The notes: generated by a model from the letters alone, not told the origin. A stretch of DNA of 64,000 nt from Amoeboaphelidium protococcarum X5 (GCA_023515725.1 JALDTO010000069.1:47482-111481); one strand, 5' to 3'; positions 12,419 through 26,131 are shown, counted from the first letter of the stretch. Numbers and translations are program-made.

Positions 12419-15400
12419 ATGTTTAGTCAAGTTAGAATATCGAGGTATGAACTGGGAGAGAGCTTAAATTTTGCATAGCTCAATAGTCTGTCTAATGACT
12501 GGGAAACTGAAGAAGCTGAGAATGTGATTGAAGAAGGCACGATATCAATTGACAACGTTGTTTCAGAGATGGTGGGAGAGTTGGCTGCTGAGCTGTAATT
12601 GCATTTTGGATTTCAGCGAGACAGCGTTGAGAATGTGAAACAGCTCTTTCTCTCCATGCTTGAGAGTCGTCTTGGTAGATGTTAATCAGTCGAGTAATGC
12701 GTGTAAATAGTCCACAATGAGTTGGTGGGTCTCAAGTCTTCGTATTAAGTATGGTGTAAGTATCATGATATTGAAGATTCTTTTGTTGCAGATACAGTAC
12801 AGAAGTAGGCTCAAGGTTGCTTGTTATACTTGATGATCTGGGCTGAGGCTGCGAATTTGATATTCATTCCAGAGCTGTTATGCTTCATCTTCCATTGTGC
12901 ATTAAATGAATTGTCTGCTTCTGGGACGCGTGATGAATGTCATTTCTTAAGTAAAATTATCGTGCCTCTGTATGACTTTTTATAGTTGTAAAACTACGAG
13001 AAATTAGCTGATGGCACCTTACTATACCGCGGGCTTCCTCATACCAAAGTAATTGGAATTGATGATATAAATGAGTTTTTCTAATCGTAAGCACTTCTGA
13101 AAACGTTGAAAGTCGCTGATGGCGATTTTTATGACACTCCGCTGCGAGATAGATATTCTTTGCTGTTGAAAGTTGAATGGTGCCATGCGTTCAAAAAGAC
13201 TTTTTATGAAACTAGAACATTTATGCATGTCTTTGTCAATTATGCGCCGATATTGCAAATTCATACTGCTGGCTTTCTGCTGATGGCTGTTGGTATGTTT
13301 GTAAGTCTGTATGAAGATGAGAGTCCGTTGTAAAAGATGACTTTAACGTTATCAACTACCGCTGTTTGTCCTCTCATATCAATAATGGTTATATTGGCAG
13401 AGGCATCCTTCTTTCCACGTCGTTCATCGGCTCTGAATGGTTGGTCTTTTGGTTTGTTGCGCGCCATAGGTCTCTTTGCAGTTAATGTTATTCCTCCCAT
13501 ATTGGTCTTTTTGCCATTTATACCGGCCAATGCTCTTTATGCTATTCTTACATTTCAAGTTCTAATATCAATTGGCACTGTATCTCTGTGTGTTATCTGG
13601 CCTTTATTGCGCAAAGTGCAAAGAAATCCATGGAAGCAACCTTAGGCTTAGCTGAATGAGTGGTCATCAATCCTATTTTGGATGAATATATTCATATTAA
13701 AGTTCACATTTAGCTGGTTTTACCTTATCAAGCCATTGAGGAATCCTATAAAGTCTGTACTTTACTCGTAGGAATGTGAGATTGATAATCCTGCGATTTG
13801 CTAGTTATACCTCTATCTTCAAGTGGCCATGATTTTGGTCCTGAATTTTATTCTCTACTTTCTAGATACATATATTATGTTTACGCTTGGTATGAGTATA
13901 TATTCTGCATGGCTGGCGGTTAAGAATGGCTTTGTAGGATGGAGTGATGTGTCTACCATATTTGAGAAGATTCGCATTAAATTGCTGAATTGTTATGATT
14001 AGTATAATTTGGCAAGAATTTGGAACTGTTTTATAATCTCAATGTATAAAGACTTGATTATATCTGGCGACGAGTGTATGGACATGCTATTCTAGAAAGA
14101 CTCTGATGGTCAGATTAAAACTCCTACTTCATTGAGTTCCACTTCAAATCCAGCTGGGTAATATCGAATGTCGGCTTTTGTGCAATCAATGTCTGGAGAG
14201 TGCTAACCTGCGCTGTAAATCTCGTAAATGCCGGCTATGAGTGTAATTATACCGCATTACAATGAGAAAGTATTGCTGTCGCTGAAGGAGATCATTTACG
14301 ATCATTATGAACACCAACGTAACAAGCTATGTCTGATTGAATATCTGAAGATTCTGTATCCTCGAGAGTGGGCAAACTACGTGGACGCTGTCATTAAGTC
14401 TCAACCTCATCAGATGACTGAATCCGAACTGTATTCCCTCAATAAAATTGGCATCTGCAGATTCAGTGAGGAGAATGTGTTCAGGCTGAGATGCTTTGCC
14501 AGTCTTCATTGCTAGACTTTGTTCAGAACAGTCACTGGATTCCTAAACTGCCGGAATGCTTTGGAAGTGTTGAGCTCTCATGAAACAGCTGAAAAGAAGT
14601 TTAATATGGTTGTCGCCGTGTAAAGATATACTGAAATGTCTTCATTCGAAAGATAAGATATCGACCACTTGCTGTAAAAAGGTATCAGTATTTCATACAT
14701 TGACTGCATTTCAGGAGAGAATATTCAGCCTGTCTATTATAGCTGCTTAAAGACTCAGCAGGGTATAAAATATCGTATCCGATTGCCTGGGTATCCACTA
14801 CTGAGTGACGGGAAAGCTGATAATCAGAATTTGTCTTTGCCTTTCTGTAGAGGAGAGATACTATAGCTTATTGATTCTAATCAAGATTGTCATATCGAGA
14901 ATGGCTTCAAGTTGCCTAATGTTTTGCATGAGTTTGTGGCTAGTTCTGATTTGGCGATTCTTGGCGCGAGAGAAGAGATATTTACTGCCAATGTTGGCTC
15001 TTTGGCTAATGTGTCGGCATTGAAGGAGTTGACGTTTGGCAGTATGAGCTAACGTTTTAGCACAGATCAGAGTGTACGTCTGCACTATGGACATCCAGAT
15101 TTTGTGAGATTCCAATTCGCGCTATGTAATGGTGGTATCTCGAAAGCTCAAAAGAAGTTGAATTTGAATGAAGACATCTATTTTGGTATCAATGCAGTTT
15201 TAAGAGGTTAAAGAGTCGGATTTACAGAGTTTTATTAGTGTTCTAAAGGGCGTGACCTTGGTTTGCTGTCCATATTCCAGTTCAGTTTAAAGATTGGCAC
15301 TGGTAATTCTGAATAGATTATCAGTCGTGACTGGTACAATCTGTGTGTTGGGATGCGTCTCCCTAGACTGCTTAGCTTCTACTATACAAGTATTGGATTC

Positions 15401-17002
15401 CATATTAATAATATGTTGAGTATTTTGGCCATTAGCTTGTTCGTTCTTAATTTGTACATGGTTTAGATTAGAAGTATCTTTTGCAGTAGTGATATTTGCG
15501 AAAGCACTGCACCTGTCATCGACTATATTGCGTCAGCGGTGGTTGCAATTGCCATTACAAGTATCATCTGTTACGTGCCTCTCTTTGCCCAGTTAGCTAT
15601 CGACTAAGGTGTTTACAGCGCAGCAAAGAAGATATTTATGCAAGTGGTTAGTTTAAGTCCTGTTTTCGAAGTGTTTGTTACCAAAGTATACGAGTACAGC
15701 CTGATGACTGCCGGTTTTTTGCTCTCTTCTAGTCAATATCGCTCTACTGGTCGTGGATTTGCCATCTACCGTCAGCATATGATTGCTTTGTATGACCAGT
15801 TCTCAGATGTCTCTGTTCTTTCCGGTGGTCGTATTCTGGTATTGCTTAGTATATCTGCATTCAGTGGTGTGGTGAAGTTACATTTGCTATTCTTTGCTGT
15901 AATTGCGCTTGCCCTTTTCATGTCACCGTTCCTATTCAATCCTCATGCTTATGACGTGCAAGAAGTACTCTTGGACTATGGTATGGCGATGAATTATCTC
16001 TTCTGTATCGATGGAACTAAAGCTATCGGTTTGAGCTGGTACAAACATATCATTGGATACGTGCAAGACTTTGATGGCAGAGTATATGACGGAATGACAG
16101 GCAAATTGGTCCAGACGCCGCCCACTTTGATGTCGGTTCTCGTATGGAGTAGTGCGCGTAGTCTCTTCCCTGCTTTCATTACTGGGGTCTCCTATATTTA
16201 CGCGAAATCATTGCAAGACTCTCAAACCGGTTATGTGGTCCATGTGATTGCTCTAGTTGGTATATCTTTGGTTCCTTTGCTGCTTAATCTGATATTCATG
16301 TTGATAATCTTTTTACTGGCGACTTTGGTGGGACCTTGTTTAAAGCGGGAGACTGCTTGTGCAATAGGTGGTGTCATGTATTCCGTTGGCAAATTAGTCT
16401 CCATGCTAGTGGGAATTCTGTATCTGCTTGCTGTTTTTGAATATGAAGCCTGGCAGTTTAAGAACTTTCTCGTGTTCATTGTGGCATCTTGTTATTTACA
16501 GAAGTAGTTTCTACAGCTGTGGATTAAAATCTTTGCCGGGGCACTTCCGACCAAAATGGGTATCTCCAAATGTTTTTACAATGGATAATGGCACCACTAC
16601 AGGAGTGAGATGTCCTTGTGGGCCACTGTGAAAAGCGCGTGTACTCTGTTAATAGTCAACTCTGTAGGTAATGTGTACTTTCTGGCTGATTTCATCGCCA
16701 TACATGCAATTACTGTGCTGCTGTTTATACCCAGTCTGCTACCTTATGCTGATAGAGTGCACACAAAGTTGCTCTTTTGGAATTTCGAAACTGCACAATC
16801 TGATCCATCTGCATCCACCAAGCTATCGTAAATGATTGATCCAATCTCAGTGTCTCGCAAGAAGTAAAAAATGCGTAAAATATTCCTAATCGTTTTAATC
16901 GCGGTGGTGATGTTCTGTGTGGCTCTATTCATTGTCCCTTCAGTGCTTAATCTGCCGTCTCCGTTCAACGAGAGCACACTGGCGTCGTTACTCCCTTTCT
17001 GA
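12419..17002 (+). CDS. FKS1: 1,3-beta-glucan synthase (GT48, FKS-like), divergent, 1527 aa
   Basis: [66 protein letters not shown]. One uninterrupted table-6 frame. Confidence 0.93.
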
Positions 17003-17134
17003 TCTGCTGAAAGAAGAATCCCAACAATGACATGCTTTGCGCTTTATATATCGTGAAAATACCATTGCAGTTCAATAGAAATACATATTAGATTGATTTA
17101 TGAGTGTATTTTCACCAATAAAGATTCAACACAA

Positions 17135-17527
17135 TCACTTGTAATGTTCAGGCGACCATCTCTCGTAGATATAGTCGACGGCCTACTTCAAATTATAAAT
17201 CTGATCAGCTTCTTCGTCAGGAATTTCAATCATAAATTCGTCTTCCAAAGCAATCAGCACCTCAACAGCATCCAGCGAGTCCAAGCCTAGATCCTTGCTA
17301 AAGTGTGCATTAATCGACAACTTGTCCTGGTCCACCTTTTCGAATCCACGCAGCAGTTCAATGGCGCGCTACTCAAAATCAGACTTTGGCGGGCGGCCAC
17401 CTGCGTACTGACGACGATGATTTATCATGGACGATGCATTACCGGTACTGCCGATCTTAAACGCCGATGGATATGCTCTATAAAGTGAGCCCTTCACCAG
17501 AGATGGATTCAATATGCTTCTCAACAT
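17135..17527 (-). CDS. ACP1: Mitochondrial acyl carrier protein (NDUFAB1/ACP1)
   Basis: Transit-peptide-like N-terminus; [12 protein letters not shown] phosphopantetheine site; EIPDEEA. Confidence 0.95.
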
Positions 17528-17703
17528 TTCTATTAATGCGCGCGCTAGTGATGTAATAGAAAAAAAATGGTATTTCAAGTTCCAAAGACGAAGAGAAGCG
17601 AAGAAAGAGTACGTTCCAAAGCCCAGTAAAAGGGTTGATAACTTTTAAAATGTCTTTAATCACGGCAGCAGTAAGTTAAAATAAACTATTCATTTAAACA
17701 ATA

Positions 17704-18517
17704 TCATTCAGCCACTTTCTACTACTAAAGCTTCTGCTTCTTAGATCTGGGTTCCCGCATATCTTTACGCGTGACATCGACATCAATGACACGCTTTTGA
17801 AGTAAAGCAGGCTCTGATTTCAGGTATGGAATCGTCACCGTTGTCGCATATTACTTCAATTACTGCCTCAGTAAATCATTATCTATATTGACATCAACTG
17901 CAAAGGCAGCTAGTCTACGAAACCCACAAGCTTATGCAATCTTTTACTCAGAACCTTAACGAAGTGGAACCAGAAAGACATTGCCTTGAAAATGACAGAG
18001 AGTGGGAAGATGATCAAACAGATGTTATGGTTTGATATCACCATAACACACAAAGATCGCCAGAATTGGCAATTTATCACTGGATTTATCGTCATGAATT
18101 ACACGCTCCAAGTGCTTAGTTATCGCATTAATCCCAAAGATTAATCGTTCCATGACTGCTGGCTTTTCAGCTTTTACTTCAGGCTAATCTGATGGCTACT
18201 AATTACGCTACTGCTTCATAGTCCGTCGATACTCTCCCACAGGTTATAGCAATCTACAATCATCCATTAATTAGACAGCTCATAATACATGCGGTAACAT
18301 TACGCGAATGATATCATACCTGCATATCTCTTCCATCATTATAATCTCATCCTGTTCATTCATAAAGCTCCTACCAATCAATATATGTAATGACGCGTCA
18401 GATTAATACAAGCGGATCAAAATCATACCATTTGTAACTGAATGGAGACTCTAAAAACTATTTCACAACCTGTCGCTGAGACTTTTACCTCAGTGTCCCA
18501 CTCTATTTGTTGGACAT
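17704..18517 (-). CDS. POP3: RNase P/MRP subunit Pop3/Rpp38 (L7Ae family); introns 18371-18428, 18254-18319
   Basis: LESPFSYKW; GINAITKHLE; HLPTLC; LVPLRQGSEQKIAQACGFRRLAAFAV. Confidence 0.75.
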
Positions 18518-18990
18518 TTGACTTTATGGGGTGTACTCTACGTGTTTTGCCCGATTTTATGCCGAAATATTCGGATCAGCAAATTATCGCAGACGATTAA
18601 AGATCTAAATTATAACCTTCTCAATAATCAAATCGAAATGCAATAAAATAGAAGACCAGTTGGATCTTAATGATATCAAAACAGAAAGCTTAAACTTTAA
18701 AAAAAATGATAAAGGTGATGCTGTCATTTTAATATCCAAAACTATTAAATAGTCTGAAAATCACTGTAAACAGCATCTGTTCCACTTTTATCATGAAATA
18801 ATATAACAGGAACTTCCAACATTAAGTTAAATAATAGATAGTCTGAGCAGCGTAATTTGAAGGCAATTATGCTCCGAATCACCAGTGGCATTCAGTATTT
18901 CATGAACTGATCCCCTGATTAGATCAACATTTCTCTTCTCTCAATTTCTCACAATTTAAATTACCTCTTGGCCATTTATCAATAATAAGG

Positions 18991-20088
18991 ATGAGTTGGT
19001 AGATAGCAGTGGGTGTATCCTCGTCCTTGTTGGCGAGCACCATCGATGCCGTTGGTCTTAATCTATAGCGACGTGATCATATATAGAATCAGTCTAAACC
19101 GAGTCATCTGTAAAAGCCCGAGTATAAGCGACTGTAATGGGTGATTGGATTCGCCATGTACACTGGATCACAACTGTTTGGATCAACAGCGGCTCTGTAT
19201 TTTCTCTAGCCGGCTATCGTGGCTTCATTATCATCGGCGGCGCTGGTATTCAATTGCATATTGGCCAGATATTTGGTGGGCACTGAGATAACAAGACCTG
19301 ATCTAATTGGCACGCTGATGATACTCGTGGGCACTGTGTTTATTTCTATTTTTGGATCATTGAAGAAGGAAGAATTTGAGTTGGACGCGTTATTAGCTCT
19401 GTATGCTCGGCCTGTATTTATTATATTCTTCTCGGTGCTATTTGGCTTCTCTGTAATGCTGCTTGCTGCCACCATTCTCCGGCATCGGAAGCTTATTCGC
19501 GAAAAGGTGGAGTACTCGCAGAAGTAAGTGTTTCGTCTGGTTGGAATTGGATACTCTATCAGTGGTGGTTTGATCGCTAGTATTACCGTCCAGCTGGCAG
19601 AGACTGGAATCACCATGATTATTAAGACTATGGAAGGGAGTAACTAGTTTCATAGCGCGTCTGGATACCTAATTGTTCTGGTTCTCATCTTGTCGGTCAC
19701 TCTTCAATTGACGTGTATGACACTTGGACTGAAAGTTGCAGATTCGGTGCTGGTTGTTCCGCTCTTCTTTGCCTTCTTTGATGTGTTTTCTCTTATCAAC
19801 CAGAATATCTACTATGATCTCTGGGCCGATTATAAGGCGATAAATTACGGGTTCATGATTCCATCGATTGCCCTGCTCATCTATGGTGTATTCATACTCG
19901 CATAATCTAGTTCTATTAAAGATTAGTTGTTGTTTGATCTTTAGAATGAAGAGACGGCTGCTTTACTTGGGAATTCCAATGACAAACTATCTTTGTATAC
20001 CGACTATTAGCGGGATGATGAGGAAGTTTCCTTTGATTCGAGATCATCTATTGGTGATGAAAGTGTAGTAGGCTCATAAATGAAATGA
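18991..20088 (+). CDS. NIPA-family (DMT) magnesium transporter-like membrane protein
   Basis: GLNLQRRDH after TM1; ASLSSAALVFNCILA; multiple TM segments; VVPLFF. Confidence 0.8.
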
Positions 20089-20803
20089 TTGTAAATCTCA
20101 TGCGTGTTCTCCGCGGTACAATAAATCATGTCTCTAAAAAAAGTTGATCTTTGCACATATCTTAAAATTTATTAAAATTTTGTGACGTGGCTCAGTTATT
20201 CGACTGGTTTGTAGTCGAGCCTTTACCGCCTTAGCTTCATAGTAGAAGTTTTCTCGCTTGATATTTATCTTTCTTTCTTTCGATCTTTAAGACGCGTCCG
20301 AATGAGATTTGCAAACCGAGATATTGCACACTCCCCGGAAAGTCATACTTTGTAGCTTCATTGGTTGTCATCAACTAAAATTGAAATTCAGTATGGGTAA
20401 TGAAGATTGAAGTTTACTAGGTGAATTCTGATCAAGTTCTCTTTAGCTGCTTAGGAAAGTATTATTTAGAATGTTGTGTTCTGGGTATGAGGTGGTTAGT
20501 CTTTAACCTCAGCTAATGTATGCTGCCTATAATCCTACATCCCTCTATGGCCTTACTTTTTGGTTACTCTATATATACATTTGGAGAAGTAGAAGCATCT
20601 AAATTCTATTGCTCTGGCCGTTATTCTAACTGGGAAACCGATAACGACGATTTAGTAATTGAATTCTGAATTTAGATCAAGTTTAGAGCTATTTGTAAGT
20701 AACTTACACAAAGTTTATATAAAAGACCGGATAATTCGACCACTAATGAGGTTCTCATGTCGCCATTGATATTGGGCGTAATACTAACCCATATGTTGAT
20801 TTT

Positions 20804-21292
20804 ATGAACGCGTTATTATGGTGGCTGCTCTTGCGGACTTAGGATTCTGATTCTAGTTCATTAGAATCCCAAAGTGATATATCCTCTATGGAAGATGAGT
20901 CACCAGAGCCATACAATTTGACTGTGGAGGAGCTGTTGGAGGAACGTCTTGCACAGTTTGATGCCACTTTGGTTGCCCTGAATGTGGAGTTGTACGAGAT
21001 GGAAGCGGCCGTCAATAATTCGGCGTAGCTTAACCTGATCTCGAAGCCAATGGCATCAAAATTGGCGTACACTTTATTGCATCCATCTCTATACCGGCTT
21101 GTTAAAGGTGTCGGGTAGAGTATAGACGGATTGGTCCAGATGGCCACTTAATTGAAAGCAGCAAGTAATATGCAGACTCTTGCCTCATATTGCGTCAACA
21201 GTCCAGGAGTAATGACTATGTCTCATAGTCTCTTCGCGTAAGTAAGGATTTGGACGGTCAGTGGGATATGGATTTAAAAGCCACTCCCATGA
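20804..21292 (+). CDS. Hypothetical protein, possibly part of a degenerate (frameshifted) gene spanning about 20400-21560
   Basis: 162-codon table-6 ORF with protein-like composition, flanked by short ORFs in other frames. No homology recognised. Confidence 0.3.
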
Positions 21293-21982
21293 TGCAGTAG
21301 TTTAAGTAAAACTACGAGAAAGCGTTCAATTTAAATCAGAGGAATGTAAGATCATTTGAATATGAATGCACTGCTAGCCAGTAGACAGATATGTGGACAA
21401 GCCCACTGGTGTTACTTGCAATTCTGCTAAATTACCAATGAGAGTCTTACAAAATTATCAATCATGCCAGCTAAGGATATACCTCCTAGTGTCTATATAT
21501 TTGCTATAGTAAGCGGAATCATTGACTTTGGATCATATGACCACTATACATCTTGAAAATTTTGCGGGGGAAGCACTGGGGACTCGTATAAACATGGTAA
21601 AATCACTAAAGTGAACAAAGTCTTTGGGTCATCTTTTCATCCATAGTTGAATGTACTCTTTGCCAAGATAAGCATGGTGATTAGTGAGAACACCTAGGAA
21701 TAATATATAATTTACTATGTTTCGACTCCTTTTTTTAGTTATAAATGAGGTTTTTAAAAACGCTGATATCTCTTCAACACTATATTGATCCATGTACTCG
21801 CTTTATATAGTAGAATCGTCGCGATACATAGATAAAGGAGTCTTCTGTTCTGTCATAAAGTTAACGTTGGAGTAGATATGCACATTTTGTACAATAACTT
21901 ATATACATATATAATGAACTTTAATAACTCAATTTCTTATCAACCTTCCCGTAAGCTAAACATTATCATTTGAACATCGCGA

Positions 21983-23184
21983 TCATTCATGCTCAGCATA
22001 AAGTACGTAGTAATGCTTCAATAACAACAACAATTCTTCCATCTCATCCATCATCTACACCTTGTTCAGACGCGTAAACTCCTCTTCATTCTGCATCACC
22101 ATTGTCTAATAAAACTACGCTAAATCTTGAATTTGCACATAAAACTTCGACTCTTCGTATCGAGCTCTAATCTGTTCAACATTGCGACATGCATCAACAC
22201 CTTCCAACTTCATTCCACGAGACTACACTTATACACATCAGGCATTCATCATGTAACTTACATCAAAACCTTATATATTCTTACTCTAATATTGTCAACC
22301 ATAATTTATCCAAACTGATCATCCAGTGTCATATTTTCGTAAACAACCAATGCGCTCGTCGTAAGTTCAGATGATGCCCATTTGAGAATCGAGTCGGAAC
22401 ACTTGATAGGCATATACACAAACACACATTCAGCCAATATCAAAGCGGGTAAACTACATATAATAATATGACATTAAATTATGACCTAAGAAGATGTCAC
22501 TAAACAGATTACTCTTTCTAGAAACCAGCTTTAGAAAGGGACGGGACAACGGCATCCCAATCGCGGAGATCTCCCATCAAAAGTTTATACGAACCATCTT
22601 CAACTTCTACATTCACAATATGCAAATCTTTATTAATCGTAGCATAATAAAGACTTACCACCATTGGGCAAGATTTTGACACCAAAATTCATCGCATGTT
22701 TCCTCAAGGTGGACATCTTCTTCATGATGATCCTCTCAAAGTCCACTTCAAAGTACTTTTTGAACTATACTCCAGCATCCTACACACTATGATATCATTA
22801 TAAAGCTCAAATCGCAGTACCGGCAAACTATACCTTGAGCCGAAAGTATCTAGTATCAAATCCAGCACCTAGACTTACAATCTGGACATCCTTATGCTTG
22901 AGACAGTAATCGCTGACGTATTAATCGATAACTTTGCATCTCAAATAAGTTCCGCGATTAATCAGAGGACTCCGCTTAATATTCTATGATCTAAGCGGCA
23001 CAAAATGCTTCACATACTAATCAACAAAGTATCCAGCAGTGACCGCAGACAGTCGACTGATTGTCGCGTCGTCGTTCGTGTTTTAGATTTCTTCATCTTC
23101 TTCAGCCAGTCGATACTCTTACTGTTAGTTCCGTAGAGCACTGTCACTCCGCCACAAGTCATAAGGATTCCTCAATTGACTCAT
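21983..23184 (-). CDS. PPM1: Leucine carboxyl methyltransferase (PP2A methyltransferase); 4 introns
   Basis: IQNTNDDA, RSPLINRGTYLR, QIVSLGAGFDTRYF, AECVFVYM. Introns 22780-22833, 22607-22658, 22454-22512 and 22223-22284 restore the frame. Confidence 0.93.
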
Positions 23185-23225
23185 AATTGCTGATATAACT
23201 ATAGTGGGTTAAGTAGAAATTACAA

Positions 23226-23519
23226 ATGTCGCTGAGATTCTTTATTCAGAATGCAGAAATCAGGCAGCTGTACAGACAAGGATTGCGTATGTGTAGACGC
23301 GCACCGAAAGAAGATGTTCAAGATCTACGCGCGTTTGTTAAAGCAGAGTTTGCATCGGTGAGGCGCTTGAAATGTAATGATACCTAACTTTCTACTGAAG
23401 ATGATGAGGTATTCTACCAAAGGAAGAGTGTCATCACGGCTTTAAGAAGAGTTTTATAAAATTTGGAAAAATCGCTATATCTATCGTCATCATCCTCATA
23501 ATCGCAGTCAATGACGTAA
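23226..23519 (+). CDS. LYR-motif protein (LYRM2-like); end uncertain (first TGA only at 23925-23927)
   Basis: MSLRFFIQNAEIRQLYRQGLR...VKAEF...LQNLEKSLYLS matches the LYRM2 layout. Confidence 0.75.
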
Positions 23520-23563
23520 AAATAATAAACTAGTAATATCCGAAATTACGTTTTGAATTTATA

Positions 23564-24472
23564 TCATTCAATAATTTTAATCAAATCACTCTGCGCAAAG
23601 TCTTGTGCAATAGATATAAAATCATTAATGTTGTTGTTCCGTGGTCTACTCTTTTAGTAGTAACTTGCCTATTTAGTATCAATACTATTAACAGACTTTG
23701 ACAATTGTGGTGCAGTTCTAGAAACTGATCGCGGTTTTAATGATTATCTAACATCAGCTTTCTGCGGTGTCTCAAATGGAATCCAACCTGTGGGTATTTA
23801 GTTATTCTACTCTGCATCAAATCCATCAATCAGCCGAGGGTCCAACTATCGTCTGGCCGCCATTCTCAGCTATTAATCCTTCAACTCTTACTTTGCACTC
23901 AACTTCAGTACAGTCGGATTAGAATGAATCAAGCTCTCGGCAGTCAGTTTCTTAGGTGTATGCCACTCTTGTTCCATAATACTGCTGCTGTTGCAGCTTC
24001 CATTGCCACCCCACCATTCAGGATACTGCATATGAGTGTTCTTGATAAATTTCACTCTAGAAGGTTGCAGTATACTCTATCGCAATGACTTGGGACTCAA
24101 CGCTGCCTACTACTATTTAGATGAGGTTGAGTAGTACTTTTAAGGAGAGTATTCGGCATTTAATTTCTCTGGCTACTTTCTAGAACCATTATGAGAATCT
24201 TGGGAAGTCATCAAAGAAGCTAGTTCATTGTGAAGCATATCAATTCTCAGCTTGAGATCCTTGATAGCTTATGTTTCAACTTCACTCGATCTGTTCAATA
24301 TTTTCATGTGACGAATCATTTGTGTGTTGGAGCAAGCGTACTCAATGGACATGGAAGCTTTATAAAATCCCAAATTTATCAATTGAGAAATTGCATCTTA
24401 AAATTGACTCTCATCTAGTTCCACAAGAAATTGACGGACTTCAGGTCTGAGCTAATCAAGTAAATTGTCCAT
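23564..24472 (-). CDS. Hypothetical protein, 302 aa
   Basis: Complete table-6 ORF from ATG to TGA; many TAR-Gln codons; no recognised domain. Confidence 0.6.
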
Positions 24473-24895
24473 TTGGCAAAGTTTAGTGTACTGTAGTAAT
24501 TGTATAGAATTTGCGTGGAATGAAGAGAAACGAAACAACACAAGTTCTGAAACGCGCAAAATATAACTGCGTTAGCTGCTCCATCCAAATACAATGATTA
24601 GTCTCCAGTTTTAACAATTGGACTGTTAATGTGATAACGTCAATCGCCGCTCTTAGTTGTTTTAATCTGTAAATCTTTCCAACTATTCCCTCTTTACATT
24701 GAGATATACTGTTTCATTGCATATTGTTTGATTTCAACGGTATCGAACAATGTTGACGCGACAGTCATCGCGACGTTACGATGAATAGTTGTGAGCATCA
24801 CAATGCGACTTTGGTTGAACACTACAGCGATGACTTTGCTTTGTGACTTTTTATTTCCAAAGTGTTCCAAAAGTATCTGAGAGAGCTATATAAAT

Positions 24896-26131
24896 ATGAG
24901 TTTGAAAATTGGTATCACGTCTGCAACGGGCAACCTGGGTCTGACAACTTTGAAATACTTTGCTGAAACTCTAAATAAGGACAAGTTCAGCCTGAGAGTG
25001 GCGGCATTTGACAAGAGCAAGCATTTGAAGAGTGTCGAGAATTTCTGTGACAGGAATCGTGTTCGTTGCTTCAGTTTCGACTGCGACCGTGATGATCAAA
25101 CGTTGGAGACGTTCGTGTAGGAATGCCACGTTCTGATCATCATTCCAACAAGATCTCCTGACCGTGTCGCCCATGCCAGAAAGTACATTGATGCGGCGAA
25201 GAAGTACAATGTGGACAATGTCATCATGTACAGCTTCATCCGGGAGAAGAATAGCAAGTGGGGACAGCACTATCAGTAAATCGAAGAGCTGATAGAGAAT
25301 TCTGGTATCAACTACACGTTTATCCGCACGCCTGTGCACATGCAAAGTTTGTATCTGTTTGCTCCTGATATCGCAAAGGGTGTTTTGCCTCTGCCTATTG
25401 GTAGAGGAAGCGCGCCATGGGTCCACGTTCGCGATGTTGCCAGAGCTGCCAAGGTGATAGTTGAAGAGTAAAAGTCGTCCAACTTCTTCAAGGCTTTCCA
25501 TATCACTGGTCCGTCGTTGCTTGATGGGTAAACATTGGCTTCCGTCGCGTCTAACACTCTGAATATACGTGTCGAGTACCGCAACATCACCGAGTAGACA
25601 GCACGTAATCTGCTAGTCGATAGTGGTCTAGAGTCGTGGTTGGTTGAAGAGTTTATCTACATGTTTCAAGACATCCGCGACGGGAAGTTGCAGTACGTGA
25701 ATAAGTTGTTCTCTCAGCTGACGGGCGAGGAGAGTAAGCACATCAGCCAGTTCTTCGTCGAAAATCGTAAGCGTTTCACACATCCCGAGTTTGCTTACTA
25801 TCCTGAAGGTATGCTGGAGGTGGAGGAGGAGCGAGAGGAGAGAGAACGCAAGACGGAGAAAGTAACTACAACGTCCACCAGTGTTCCAATCTCGCACCGC
25901 GAAAGCCGCAAAGTTGAAGTCATCGAGACGATGGGTGGTGGTCCTGGTGCTGCTCAATATCTGTTGTCTAGCCAGGATTTGCAGTCTGGATTGGACACTG
26001 TCGATGAGTGCCTGAATCAAGAATCTGTCGCGTTGAGTCATTTGAATTTCCTCATCTCTCGTTCTAATGAGGTGATGGCCAAGTTGCAAAGCTTGAAACA
26101 AGAGCTTTTGGATCTGCATCAGTAAGTGTGA
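24896..26131 (+). CDS. NmrA-like NAD(P)-binding Rossmann protein with C-terminal coiled-coil extension
   Basis: IGITSATGNLG; HARKYIDAAKK; IEELIENSGINYTFIR; WVHVRDVARAA. Confidence 0.85.

Noticed and set aside
3657-17002. Apparent mass pseudogenisation (many in-frame TAA/TAG in GH31, GH81, FKS and others)
   Set aside because: The stops are exclusively TAR, fall at conserved Gln positions and preserve frame, so this is code reassignment rather than decay.
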